Made by a program: the position numbers and the translations under genes. From NCBI GenBank assembly GCA_951406725.2, contig OX597817.1:91884001-91948000 (forward strand): a stretch of 64,000 nt of DNA, given 5' to 3'. Shown here piece by piece: positions 1-12,869 of this stretch. The number at the start of each line of letters is the position of its first letter. Position 1 is the stretch's first letter. Under the pieces are notes generated by a model that was not told the origin of the DNA, made no database searches, and was given only the letters and a program-made list of their open reading frames with translations. The stretch comes from Octopus vulgaris (taxonomy: Eukaryota).

Positions 1-430
1 TAAAAGATCATGTCTTGCCTGTGCTGAGAAATTCAACTAAGCGACCACCCATATTCATGCAGGACAATGCCCCATGTCACAAGGCTAAGGTGGTCATGAA
101 CTTCCTCAAGGCTGAAAAGGTTATTATTATGGATTGGCCTGCTCAAAGCCCAGATCTCAATCCTATTGAAAATGTGTGGAATATTCTAGGAGAACGTTCA
201 AAAGCCAGAAATCCTAAAACAACCGAGCAATTATGGAATGCCCTTCAGGAAGAATGGAATAAGATCACCTAGTAAGAAATTGAAAATTTAATTTCCTCAT
301 GCAGTCAAAGATGTCAAAGTGTGATTGAAGCTAAAGGGCTTCACACTAAATATTAAATAATTCCCGTATTCTCTGTCATTTTTGATTATTTTGTTATTTT
401 TTCAACTGTTCTGATCATTTTGGCCACCAT
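1..430 (+). mobile_element. Tc1/mariner transposon 3' remnant (DDE transposase C-terminus)
   Basis: ORF 15-272 has FMQDNAPCH...WPAQSPDLNPIENVW. After stops at 270-275 the frame continues EIENLISSCSQRCQSVIEAKGLHTKY*, the typical Tc1 C-terminus. TIR-like tgttctgatcattttggccacca at ~407-429. Confidence 0.9.
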
Positions 431-559
431 GGGTTTTGCAGTAAATAACTAAATCATCCATAACTGAGTGTGTTAAATTATAAGGCACAAAAAGAAAATG
501 ACTCTCCCCAGACACAACAGAATATATATTTAAAGTAGCACAGAAACCAAATCAAACTC

Positions 560-845
560 TTTCAGTCATGAAAGTTTCCTTCCAATGTACAAGTCTGGAC
601 AAGGTTGTTTATAGAAGATCAGCAGTTACCCATTGCATGGCAGTCTCCACTCTTCATGACACCAATGTTATCCAAGGGAAAGGCAAAGGCCAATACAGCT
701 TGGCACCAGTGACATTTCTACAGATGAGTGAACTGGAGCAACGTGAAATGAAATGTCTTGCTCAAAAACACAACACAGAGCCCAGTCTGGGAATGAAACT
801 CATTACCTCATGATTGTGAGCCCAACGTTCTAACCACTGAGCTTG
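560..845 (-). mobile_element. tRNA-derived SINE, family C
   Basis: Minus strand begins gctcagtggttagaacgttgggctcacaatcatgagg (A-box/tRNA head), then ttgagcaagacatttcatttcacgttgctccagttcactca. Related copies at 21647 and 26428. Confidence 0.75.
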
Positions 846-851
846 AGCCTT

Positions 852-893
<42 letters not shown>

Positions 894-1627
894 TACATAT
901 ATTCTTTTATCCATTCAACCATGTGGCTGTGGTCATGCTGGAGTGAACACATTCATACATGCATACACACTCGCATACATAGTTGTATAAAGACACATAC
1001 ATATATATACATATACATATGCAGACACACACAACCATATATACACACATATATTTACATATGCACACACACATACTCACATATATGTATATACATACTT
1101 ATCCATACACATATATATATGCATGCACACTTATAGATGCTAACATATAGAAAAGAATATATCGAATGACTTATGCATGTGTCTATATAATCAGTGTATA
1201 TAAGTGCATGCATAAGTAAAAAGATTCACAGGTGCCCAGCAGTATAATCATATACATATAAACAAATAGAAATTTAAATGGCAGTGAAAAATAGACGTAG
1301 TTATGTAGACACATATGCATCATATATAGACATATATGCATGATATATATATATATGAGAGGAGCTTCTTTCAGTTTCCATCTACCAAATCCACTCAAAT
1401 CTAAAGTTATGGATATACATATAAACAGATATAGACATGCAAATATATATATATGCATATATATATATATATATACACACACTCACACACATACACACAC
1501 ACATACACACAAATATATATATATATACATGCACTTACTCATACATATGTGTATGTACGTGTATATATATATGTGTGTGTGTGTGTTAGTGTATATATGT
1601 GTGTGTGTGTGTGTATATATATGTATA

Positions 1628-1741
<114 letters not shown>

Positions 1742-1845
1742 CTGGAGTAAACACATAAATGTGAAACAAGGTGGAAAAAAGAGTACTCAAATACCAGTGG
1801 TAGAGTAATATGCTTTATTTTAAGCAGCAGAAAATTCAACAAAAT

Positions 1846-1883
1846 CTGTTACTCTGAGTTTCTCGTTGCCGTTCATCAGACAG
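1846..1883 (-). ncRNA. Minimal type I hammerhead ribozyme motif
   Basis: CUGU-CUGAUGA-A CG GCAA CG A-GAAA-CUC A GAG-UA-ACAG. Stem I CUGU/ACAG, GNRA-capped short stem II (A.A closing mismatch), pseudo-palindromic stem III. Confidence 0.7.
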
Positions 1884-1900
1884 TTCCATTCTAGCAAAAA

Positions 1901-1938
1901 CTATCTGATGAACGGCAACGAGAAACTCAGAGTAACAG
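1901..1938 (+). ncRNA. Minimal hammerhead motif (inverted copy, one stem I mismatch)
   Basis: ctat CTGATGA acggcaacga GAAAC tcaga GTA acag. Confidence 0.6.
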
Positions 1939-2009
1939 ATTTTGTTGAATTTTCTGCTGCTTAAAATAAAGTATATATGTATATATATATATGTGTGTAT
2001 ATATGTATG

Positions 2010-2073
<64 letters not shown>

Positions 2074-2088
2074 CACACACATACAATA

Positions 2089-2177
2089 TATCTGACATAT
2101 GTTTCGAAGAAAACATTGGTATTATTCCAGAGGGAATAAAATGATTGTAAAACAATGCAATCTTCTCATCAGGGAAA
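2089..2177 (-). ncRNA. Hammerhead motif with large branched stem II in the 3' UTR of a Naiad-like PLE
   Basis: CUGAUGA-GAAGA[~50 nt with cattg/caatg and tattcc/ggaata helices]UCUUC-GAAA-CAUAUG-UC. Stem III is the palindrome ACAUAUGU, site GUC; stem I is imperfect. Confidence 0.7.
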
Positions 2178-4200
2178 AAAGAGAAACAACATCAACAAGC
2201 CATTTAACCGAATGTGATGACTGCATATATGATGAAGGGAATGCTGGCAAGTTAATTTTTTAAAAAAACATTAATAGATTTAATGTCAAATGCAATTTAG
2301 AGAAAGAAAGAAAATAGCAGGAAACCAAGTGTGGAGAAATGTAGTGCTACAGATGAATGGGAATAAAGCTTAAAAGCAAGGAAATAGATATATTTAGAGG
2401 AAATGAAATGTAAGAAGACAGTTAAAGGTTGAATTTTATAGGCTGGTAGAAATTACTTATAGGAACTAAAGGCATGTTTTTGCCAATGTTTGCAACGATA
2501 AATGCATTCATTAAATGTGTTTACAAGAGAATTCTCTGAGAACAGGATTAGACAGAGTTCTTCGTTACAGCGCAGACAAGAAGATTTACCTGTATCATAT
2601 GGAAAGGACCTAAATAGGATATTCCATTCCAAATCAAATTGTTTATTATGTTCCTTATGAGACCAAATTAATTTAGTAAACCCAGTGCTGTTGCATTTAT
2701 TGATATGTCTAAATGTAGAGTAATGGTTAGATATTCTTTTGGACAACTGAGATGAAGAACTACCTATGTAAACAAAGGCATCAGAACCACAAGTAATTTT
2801 ACATTAATAAACAGAGTTTCTAGTCTTAGAATTACTGCTAAGGAAACAAATGTGATTGAAATTTATATCAGAAATACTAATATTGTTGTTATTATTGTTC
2901 AAAGAATGGTTGGTGTTAATAATGCCAATGTTATTATTTTCATTAAGTGGATTTGTATTTAACAACTTATTGTTATGCGAAGTATGATTTGTGAAAGGCT
3001 TTTGATGTTTGAAAACCCTATTCTAATTCAGTGTGAATTGATAATAGAATGTTATCTTGAATTTCTAGGGAAATTCCTATCTATAGTTTCACGAAACTGG
3101 TTTAGCAGATTGGATTTCATCTGCTTACCATATGGAATTATCAACCAAATAGTTTTACTAGGACATACCTTGTTATTTGGGTAATTATCTTTAAAAGTCC
3201 TAGATGTATTTTTATAACAGAAAAAGGGTCTTAAATAACAATTATCTCCCTTATGCCGCAAGATCAAATTTTTCAATGTAGTGTTGTTATTTGAATGAAA
3301 ATTTATATTCTTATTACCATTATGCTGTGATTGTCCTGATTAATAGAGGTAGAATTAATGTCAATAGGGTTAATATAGATAATTTTTTTCTTTATAGCCT
3401 GCTTTAAGTAAAGCAGAGTTGTAAAGTTTGGCTTTTTCGTTGAAGATATCAACATTGGCAGATAATCTAGAAAGTCTAAGTGAAATATTTGTAACTAAAT
3501 TCCTTGTAATAGCCTTTGAATGATTACTGAAAGAACTAATATATTTTAAATTAGTTGAGGGTTTATAGTATGGGAAATATGAATCATTATATATATAAAA
3601 GTAATATCCAAAAAGTTGGCTTTAGTTATATCATCTTTAAAAACAATGCTTAAGCCCATGTTTCAGAAAAATTTAACCGACCTATTTTTAACCCTTTGTA
3701 ATTTTTGGTTAGAAACCTTTTGAAGGTAGAGTAAACAATCGTCATGATATAGACCTCCATTGATGTTTGGGAATTCGTCAACCATCTTGTAAAGGATTTT
3801 TGCTGAATCAGAACTTCCCATCATGACATCAAAACTATCAGGCATATCTTTACAGACCCACAGCTTGTTTTCAAATTTAATGATTGATTTTCTGGCAGCT
3901 AACATGACATTAATTTCATCCCTGGTGAAACTTGCTTTGTTGTGTGCGAACCAAAGCGCCTTGTTAAGTACAATTGGGTTAATAGAGGAATAGTAACTAG
4001 AAATGTTGAACTGGATAAACTTAGTGCACTTCTTGTTATTAATGGAATTAAACCAGTTGACCACTTGGAAGGAATTAGACCATAAATTAAACTTTAATTT
4101 TTTAACTTAGGTAGGATTATATTTATCTAGAATATTTTTGCTAGGTGCTCTGATATCAGAGCTAGAAAGACAAATAAGCCGGAAGGTTGGGTTTGACCTC
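2089..4200 (-). mobile_element. Penelope-like element (Naiad-type), 5'-truncated and disrupted, copy 1
   Basis: RT motifs FIQFNISSYYSSI, FDVMMGSSDSA, GLYHDDCL; thumb YFPYYKP...SNH; GIY-YIG SVY*C...VYIGSS...KRISNHYSTF...C-x2-C...CKH. Confidence 0.9.
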
Positions 4201-5819
4201 TAACATACAGGACAAACATAAACTGATAATGATGACAATGTTGATGATGATGACAATGTTAATGATGGTTGTGGTGGTGATGATGGCAACCTGGCAGCAG
4301 CAACAGTGGTGCTGGTGGTAGTGATGATGATAGAGGTGATAGTATTAGCAGTGGTAGCAGCAATGGTAAGGGAGGGAGTTGTTGTGGCAACAGTGATGGT
4401 AGTGGTGGTGATGGTAGTGGCAGCAGCAGTGGTAATGGTGATGCTGTGTTGTGGTGATGGTGATCATGATGGTGATAATGGGGTGGGATGGTAATAGTGG
4501 TGGCGAAGGTGACAATGATGATGTGGAGAGTAGTGGTGGTGATGGTGGTCATGATGGTGATGGTGGTGACGATAACAACAACAAAAATGATGATGAATTA
4601 AGCAGTTTGATAATTCCCCTTTTCACTATTTAAGCTCTGACAAAAACTTAAAATCCAACTGAATCACACCATTAAATTATTACATATTATTACATTAAAT
4701 TATTACATATTTAAAACTCTACAAGAATGCATTGAGTACTATTTTCTTTAGTCTGTACTCATAAATGTATATTTACATACATATGTATCTGTCAGTGTGT
4801 TTGTATGTGTGTTTAAATAGTTATTCTGTGCTGTATTTAAAACAGAGCATACTTAGCTGTGCACTGTGTATATGATACAGAACAACCATAGGGCTGATTG
4901 TTTCATATCACATGATTTATTCAAGGATATCAACATATCTACCACCAGGTATTGCTATCCACATTCGGATGTATATATAAGTACACTTGAAACTGCCTCT
5001 GTATGTGTGCATGTGTGTGTATGTGTATGAGTGCATGTGTGTGTGTGTGTTGTGTGTATGTGAATGAGCAAATTAGTGTACTTGTCTGTACGCATGCATG
5101 CCAATGTTTATCTGTGAATGCGTGTGCATATGCACCTGTTTCTGTGTCTGTATGTTCCTAGGTCTCTGTTCCTGTAGATGTGCATGTGTGTGCATGTATA
5201 TGTGTGTATGTGTGTGCGCGTGTGTGCATGTGTGTGTGGATGTACATGTTGGGGTATTGGTGGTTGTGTATTTTAGCATGTATGGTATGTGTGTACTTGC
5301 ACACACATACATACACACATATATTTATGCATATACATACACATATACATATATACATATATATGTATACACACATATACACACATGCATATATTTATAC
5401 ACACACATATACATATATACATATATACATATACACACATATACACACATTCATATATTTATACACACACGTATACATATACACACACTTATATACACAT
5501 GCACATTTACATACACACACATATGCACACACATATCTATAGACTACATACACACAAATAGATGGAAAGGCACACTCATGCTCATATATCTTGTTTTTTG
5601 TTGTTTATCTCTCTCTTCTCTCTATCCCTTTTCTTCTCTTTCTCTCTTCCTCATTTAATAAGCACACACACACACAGTCATATATATGCATACACAAGCA
5701 CACACACACACAGACATATACATGCATACACAAGCACACACACACATACACACACACACACACACACATAATCTCGTGTGCAAGCTGTGTGATGAAGTGT
5801 TGAATATTCAAAGACCTAC

Positions 5820-5978
5820 ATGTATCGCTTGCTTGGCTCTAACAAGTTGTTGTTGATAATGTATACGGGTTACCATGGCAACTTCAGCTGCTGCCTGCTG
5901 ACTCCGCATTAGTTGTGCAGTCCTAAGGTGCAACATAGCATTCTCTGTTTCCAAACTCATAATTCTTTCATCTTTTTC
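5820..5978 (-). CDS. KIF25: Internal coding exon (53 codons, phase 0-0), coiled-coil, kinesin-14 KIF25-like N-terminus
   Basis: Pyrimidine tract plus ttcag acceptor; gtaggt donor. Peptide EKDERIMSLETENAMLHLRTAQLMRSQQAAAEVAMVTRIHYQQQLVRAKQAIH resembles the KEERIxxLETENAxLHLxLA segment I recall from KIF25. The exon is solid; the gene name is from memory. Confidence 0.65.
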
Positions 5979-7199
5979 CTGAATTAAATAGGAAAAAAAG
6001 AAAGAATAATAGATAAAAGAAAAGCAAACAAGAATAGAAATTAACATAAATTTAGAAACAGAAATAATTGCTTTTAAATAAAAAGCAGTAATTACCATTA
6101 AAAATCAGAATTGAATATTAATTTTATTTATTTATTTATTCATTTATTTATTTACATTGGTATAACGTTCCAAAACCTGCAGGAGGAATGGACCCCCTAA
6201 TAAATAAATTGAAATTATATTATCAAAACAAAAGAGATTATAGACAAAAGGATTAAATTTTTACATTGACATAGACTTCTCAAAATCTGCAAAGAAACTG
6301 GTCCCTAATAAATAATTGATACTTTATCAAACCTAGAGAGATGAAAGGTAAAGGAATTAAATATTTACAATGGAGCAGCATCACAAATTGACATAATATT
6401 GAGTTAAACTCCAATACATGCCTGGTATATATTTTATCAAACCTGGGTAATTGAAAATCAGCATCAACCAGCAATAGGGTAATTTGAAGACAGTATGTAG
6501 AGAAATATTGTAGGCAGAGCAGTGGCATCTTTCTCAACCATGCCCCACTCATAATAAGCCATGAGATTACAATCAAGGAAATTAAGAAATCAGAAATTGA
6601 GGCTGGTGATGTCATAGAAATTCTCTGACAACCACCTCTGACATTTTCCAGAAGTAAGGCAAGAAGCTGAATTCTACTGCCACTCATAAAGCCTTCCAGT
6701 AGCAACCCTCTCCAGCCAGGAAACAATTGATGACAGCATGGTAAATGCTACCAAGTCATCAGCAGAGACTGCTGAACATTTGGTTAAATGTCTGGTATTT
6801 ATTTTATCAAATGTGAGGCATGAGCAGCAAAGTTAGCTCCTGTGAGATTTGAACACAAAATGAAGAAGGTTGAAACTAAATTCTTTAAGCTATTTAGGCC
6901 AGTGGTCAAACATTTCTATCATTCCAAAAAACATGTAAAAATTTCTTGAGTAGGTGGAAGGTCACTGAACAGGATAAAAATAGCAACCAAACTGCCTTCA
7001 ACCCATACTCTGTCACCTTCAAGTAAACACATTGCATTATATAGCTTTATGGCATCTCTTCAGATCCTAATGGCTGGTGGCCTATAACCACCCTCCAAAG
7101 TGGAAGAAGAGTAAAAAACCTTGTGGCCAGTTGCTGAGCACATGGACAAAGGAGAAGAGTTAAGCACAAGGGATTATTGCCCTTAGACCACTATCTGTA

Positions 7200-8175
7200 A
7201 TAGACCTGGTTGGCTAGTGGGCCCCAGGACTTCAGTAGGAATCTCCTGAAGTGTAAACAGGGTCCAGACACTTCTGTCCTGGAATTTAAGATGTTCCCCA
7301 AGTCAGAGGAGTTCTTTAGTATTCCTGTCCATTCAGCTATGCACAGCTTACAAAGCTTGTTTCTGTCAATGTAGGGTCCCAGTTTTTATAGGATCTTCCA
7401 TGAGATTGTGTGGGGTCCTTTTGTCCTTCAGGCACCACACATGGCTGGCCAAAGATGTGGTATATTGTTTCTCCAAGATCCTGAATGGGGATCAATGGTT
7501 GAAGAGGTGCTGCTTGAAGGTGTGTCTTGAACATCCGATGTATCTTCATTAACTGTTGCTGGCAATGCTGCTTTTGTTGATGTTGAAGCTGCTTCTTCCA
7601 CTGTTGCTGGTGCTGGTTTTGTTGATGGTGTTGGTGTTGGTGTTGATGATGGTGTTGACATCATTAATGCTGGCATAAGAGACATCATCGGTAGTGGTGT
7701 TAGTGTTGGCATTGTTGGTGCTGCTGCTATTTCTGTTAGAGTTGCTGTCGTTGCCATTAATACTGCCATTGGGAAAGCTGCTACTGTTATTATAGCCAAA
7801 TACTACCTCAACCTCATAAACCACCACACTGGTTTTGCATTGGCCTCCCACTGGGCATCTGCTGCGGTCCCTGCATGAGCATACCACCTCTACTCATGGT
7901 CTAGGGGTGTTAACTAAAATACTCTTAATATTAGGGACACAGCTAAAAGAGATTCTTAGGTTGTGTCTGTTGAATAAGCATCCGTACTTATTTGTTTTGT
8001 GTAAAGTACTTATCTATTAGTCTAAGAAATATCTTACCTACACACATTTTTATGTTGAGGGAGGAGTGGGGCAAACCAAATATTTCAGTGGCACTTCCTT
8101 GAGTGGGAAGTATAGTCTGTCTACATCTCCACTGATATTGAAGTTTCTGTAACACTGAGCAGCTTGCAAGTTCAA
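7200..8175 (-). mobile_element. Naiad-type PLE remnant (linker + GIY-YIG endonuclease)
   Basis: NIWF..P, KMCVGKIFLRLIDKYF, CSCRDRSRCPVGGQCKTSVVVY, ISWKIL..GPY...KLCKLC, across frameshifts. Confidence 0.8.
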
Positions 8176-8431
8176 ACATCTTGTATGTATGTATGTATGT
8201 ATGTATGTATGTATGTATGTATGTATGTATGTACGTACGTATGTATGTATGCATGTATGTATGTATGTATGTATGTATGTATGTATGTATGTATGTATGT
8301 ATGTATGCATGCATGCATGCATACTTACACACAATTTCTATCAGCAAAGTATTAAGAAAGTGATTCAAGATTTTTGTGCATATCATGCATGAATCTCTGG
8401 CTCTCGAGACACTTTTGTAACTTTCTGTTGT

Positions 8432-8635
8432 TTACTCATTTACTAATTTCAGTCATGTGACTGTGGCCATGCTAGAGCACCGCCTTTAGTTGAGCAAATC
8501 GACCCCAGGACTTATTCTTTGTAAGCCTAGTACTTATTCTATCAGTCTTTTTTGCTGAACCACTAAGTTACAGGGACATAACCACACCAGCATCAGTTGT
8601 CAAGTGATGTTAGGGGGACAAACACAGACACACAT
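8432..8635 (-). mobile_element. SINE family B, 3' half
   Basis: ttcagtcatgtgactgtggccatgctagagcaccgcctttag...gggggacaaacacagacac matches the complete copy at 43213-43612. Confidence 0.8.
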
Positions 8636-8676
8636 TTATATATATATACATAAAAGTAAAAGCAGAATATACGTAC

Positions 8677-8717
8677 TTCTGCACTGAATTCTGTTTCCCC
8701 TTGTTGTTCTACCAAAT
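8677..8717 (-). CDS. Candidate 41-nt micro-exon upstream of the KIF25-like exon
   Basis: tttag|ATTTGGTAGAACAACAAGGGGAAACAGAATTCAGTGCAGAA|gtacgt reads (D)LVEQQGETEFSAE and ends in phase 0, compatible with 5978. It is a unique island between repeats. Confidence 0.3.
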
Positions 8718-8740
8718 CTAAACACATCCACACACACACA

Positions 8741-8776
<36 letters not shown>

Positions 8777-9051
8777 CACACACGTGCATGCATACAAACA
8801 CACACATGCATAAGTTGATATATATGATGGCTGTCCTCACTGACTATTTAAACAATCATGCAATCAACAGTGGCTCTTAGAGCCTGCCAGATCCCTGCTT
8901 GTTTTTGACAAATTTCACTAATGCATACATGCTCAACATTTGGTAGATGTAAATTCTGATGCCTAGGACAACATGTGTTTGCATGTGTGTGTGTGTGTAT
9001 CTATCTATCTATTTATCTATCTATCAATACATATATATATATATATATATA

Positions 9052-9660
9052 GGTAAACGTTAAAAAAAACACAAACTGGGACAAGAACGTGAAACATTTT
9101 GAAGACGGCAAAAAAACACACAGACGGGACTTTCGAAGCTCTCAGTCATCAGTCGAGAACCAGATCATCTTCGCAATTTCGGCTGATTAATCTTGAGATT
9201 GCTCCAATCTGGGCAGCCAACCAAGGGAAATCTAAGCCAATCGCATTAGATTCCTTGGAAGAAAACCTCGAAAGTATACAACACGGTGACGGAAAAACGG
9301 ACGATGTTACTCGAAAAAAAAATTCAAAAATACGTAAAAACAATAAAGAAAGCACGGATAAAAATACAAAATAACGTAAAAACAATCATAACAAAACCAG
9401 GACGTCAGGACAAGCGTCTTTCGACAGGACGAGTTGAGTATAGGGCTGGCTGTGGTAAAAATGCCTGAAGGCAAACGGAGCACAAACACATACGTGTGGT
9501 CAAGCCAACTACTTGATGCGAAAGGCAGTAGTAGCTAGCTGGTCACGTGAGCACAAAAAGGAGGAAGGGACAGATGAAGAGAGAAGCAGGAGAGGGAAAG
9601 GGACAGGTCAAGTGGGGTATAAGGTCTGAGAGGCAGAGAAATGTGGGAGAGGAGGGACGG
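9052..9660 (-). mobile_element. (TA)n-anchored interspersed repeat, probable PLE terminal region
   Basis: 9070-9270 is homologous to 45905-46150 (gcaatttcggctgattaatcttgagattgctccaatctgg is shared); both abut (TA)n. Confidence 0.55.
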
Positions 9661-9741
9661 AGGAAGAGATATATATATATACATGTACACACTTATATAC
9701 ACACACATGCATATATACACACACATGCAAACACATATATT

Positions 9742-9776
<35 letters not shown>

Positions 9777-10212
9777 ATATATAAACATATATATAAAAGG
9801 TTAAAGGTACAAACACCAACCAACTGGTATCAGGTCAAATCAATATCTATAAATTTGAAATGCAAAACGTCTGTTTGTCTGGTTTTGGCATTGGAACGGG
9901 TTAAAGGACACTAGATCCCGTCAGATTCGCTCCGAAATTTACAGGGACATGTAAAATGAGGTGAGGATATGAGTGGGCTAGATTAGAAATCCCTATCTCA
10001 AAAGCTGTGGTTACTAGGGCAAAAACCCCACACTTTGATAAGTCTTTTTTCGTTACTCTCATTCTCTTACCTGCCTGTCTTCCTCCATCTCTCTCTCTCT
10101 CTTTCCTCCCTTCCCTTTTCATACTCTCTATAACGATGTGTGACAGATCAACTATCTTTCCCCCGCCACCTTCGTCAGTGCTGTCACTCTTTCTCTCACA
10201 TCCCCTCTCTCT

Positions 10213-10274
<62 letters not shown>

Positions 10275-10479
10275 GCCTGTCTGCATTCCTAGAGAGAATT
10301 ATTATCGCCACAACCACCACCACACAATCATAAGAACAAATATTTGTTCTCGTGTTTGTTTGGTGGTGGTGGCGATAATTATTGGGTTAATTTATGTGTA
10401 TGTGTGTGTGTATATGTCCTATATATAAATATGTATATATAATGTATATATACAAAGTGTATATATCTATATTTATATA

Positions 10480-10517
<38 letters not shown>

Positions 10518-10625
10518 ATATATTTGTATATATAATGCATACATACACACTCACACACATATATATACTGCGTATATATGTACATATATATATTTAATGC
10601 GTATATATATATATATATATATACA

Positions 10626-10659
<34 letters not shown>

Positions 10660-10662
<3 letters not shown>

Positions 10663-11205
10663 GTGTGCCTTATGTGGTCGGTTGAGCTTAGAATATGCAC
10701 ACCTATGTTAAAAGTGTTGGAGAGTTTGCATGGCAACTATTTTTTTCCTCAAATGACCTCTAGGACAAAATTCCTCATCTTATAAAATGTGGCCCGAGCA
10801 GACCCGAATGAAATCGGGTTATATTAACCAAAATGTGAAAAGGAGTCTTTTCCTATGTTTCTGACGAAGAGTGCCGCTCGAAACGTTAAACCCTCCTTCT
10901 TTCCTTCTTTCCTGAGCAACCAATAATGCTATACTTGTTCCACGTCCTCGCGTTGTTGTGTTTTCCCTTTGTGTCTTCATGTTTGGATTAACTTTATATA
11001 TATATATATAATGTGTGCATTATGTGGTCGGTTGAGCTGAAAATATGCACACCTATATTAAAAGTGCTGGTGAGTTTGCATGGCAACTATTTTTTTCCTC
11101 AAATGAAAGGCATGACCTCTAGGACAAAATTCCTCATCTTATAAAATCTGGCCCGAGTAGACCCGAATGAAATTGAGTTTTACTAACCAAAATGTGAAAA
11201 GAGGT
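10660..11205. repeat. ~185-bp direct duplication (10660-10843 / 11010-11203) flanking an HHR-bearing insert
   Basis: atgtgtgc.ttatgtggtcggttgagct...taaccaaaatgtgaaaag occurs twice; each copy follows (TA)n. Confidence 0.85.
10857..10891 (+). ncRNA. Minimal hammerhead motif (ACGU-palindrome type)
   Basis: GUUU-CUGACGA-A-GAG UGCCG CUC-GAAAC GUU-AAAC; stems I and II pair. Confidence 0.75.
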
Positions 11206-12869
11206 CTAAATGGGGCTGGAAGGGGATCAAAATTTACAGGAGTGGATGTTTAGGAATTCTCTGTTACATCAAGCTAAAAAATTTGCACCAGCCTTTAAAT
11301 CTTCAATGTGTTGCCATCCATGATGAAGAAGTTTTGAATGCTTGCCATGGTGAGTGTACTGTCATGAAAAAGAATCACTTCAAAACTTGGTGTTTAGGAA
11401 TTTTCTTTTACATCAAGTTCAAAATTTTATGCCAGCCGTTAAACTGCTGCTACATTGCTGTCCGTCGTTAAGAAATGCAAGGTATGGTGACTGTACTATC
11501 CTCAGATTCTATCCCTTCAAACTTTGGTTTCCAATATTTTTTTATTTTTATTCAGCTCGCAAGTTCGTCTGTCCCTTTTAAATGTTAGTGTTTTGCTGTC
11601 TGCCTTGAAGCAGACCGTTCCGTTGTTACTGCCTGATATTTATGATTGATCTTTCAAAATATTTTTCTTTCCCAACTTACTCAAGATCTTTTGTTGTTTA
11701 TAAATGGGAGACAGATAGATAGAGAAAGATAGAGAGTAAGAGAAAGCGAAAGAGAATCCGAGAGAAAGGAAGAGTAAGACAGTGGGAAAGTGAGAGAGAA
11801 AGGAGAGAGAAACAAAGAGGGAGAATGAGGTGAAAAAACAGAATGGAAGCAACAGAAAGTAACAACCACACTCTAACCCGCGCGTAGAGCGGTTCACCTT
11901 AAGCTAGTTATAATATATATTTATTTGTTGACAAAATATGGTAAATTTGAATGTTTCTGGAGATTAGATCACAAGCGTTCAATAAAAGATCAGTTGAGGA
12001 ATACTCATAATGGTTATGATATATGCTGGTATTCTCCCATGCTGATATTCTCTGCAGTTATATGATAAACTGAATTATCTTTCTGCATATCTTCCTCTAC
12101 TGTTTAAATTTATGCATCTATTCCTCATCATGTTTGTTAGTTTCTATCTTCCTCTTATTATAGCTTTATATTCTCTGCTTCTCCTCCTTTAAACTCATCT
12201 CTGTACATCTCACATAACTGGTATTTCATTACTTCACATTAAAGTCCTATCTCACTCCTCCTCCAATGATAGAATGGACAGCTACTTAAATGTGGGCTGC
12301 TGACTGTTTGCTGGGATGTGCACCATCAGTGCATCCATTCTTGGGGCAGCTATAAGGGACTATGAACACACCTTCTTCCTTCTTTATATCCAGCTTTGAA
12401 TTCTACCTACAATGACCAGCTGTACCTACTATATAATGTCAATAATTCAGTTTACCATAGAAAACTAGCAAATACAACTATTATGAACATTTCCCAACTG
12501 ATCCTTTGTCAACTTCTTGTGATCTAAAATCTTGTAACATTCACTTCTACTCTCATGTTTTGTCCATGTCAACTTATGACATATATATATAAAGATATAT
12601 ATATGTCATAATCTGACCTGATACCAGTTGTTTGCCTATTTGTACCTTTATTCAATTATCCACATTCCAGTTCAATTGAAACACTGCCTATAGCCAATCT
12701 TCATTAGGCAACTATAACTTCACTGATTTTTTTAGCTGCAATTCAAGTTGGAGTTTAGTCAGCAAGTCAGCTAGAGCATTAATCTTATGTACCTATTATG
12801 TTACATCATCAGGTATGATATTATCTGAATTTCATATATATATATATATACATACACACCCACTCTTGT

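Noticed and set aside
3663-3665. Shared in-frame TGA as selenocysteine (some Naiads encode selenoproteins)
   Set aside because: The position (VKFF*NMGL) is not a conserved Cys site, the copies also share a TAA and a frameshift, and I saw no SECIS.
12760-12820. CUGAUGA on the minus strand followed by a hairpin
   Set aside because: No GAAA after the hairpin.
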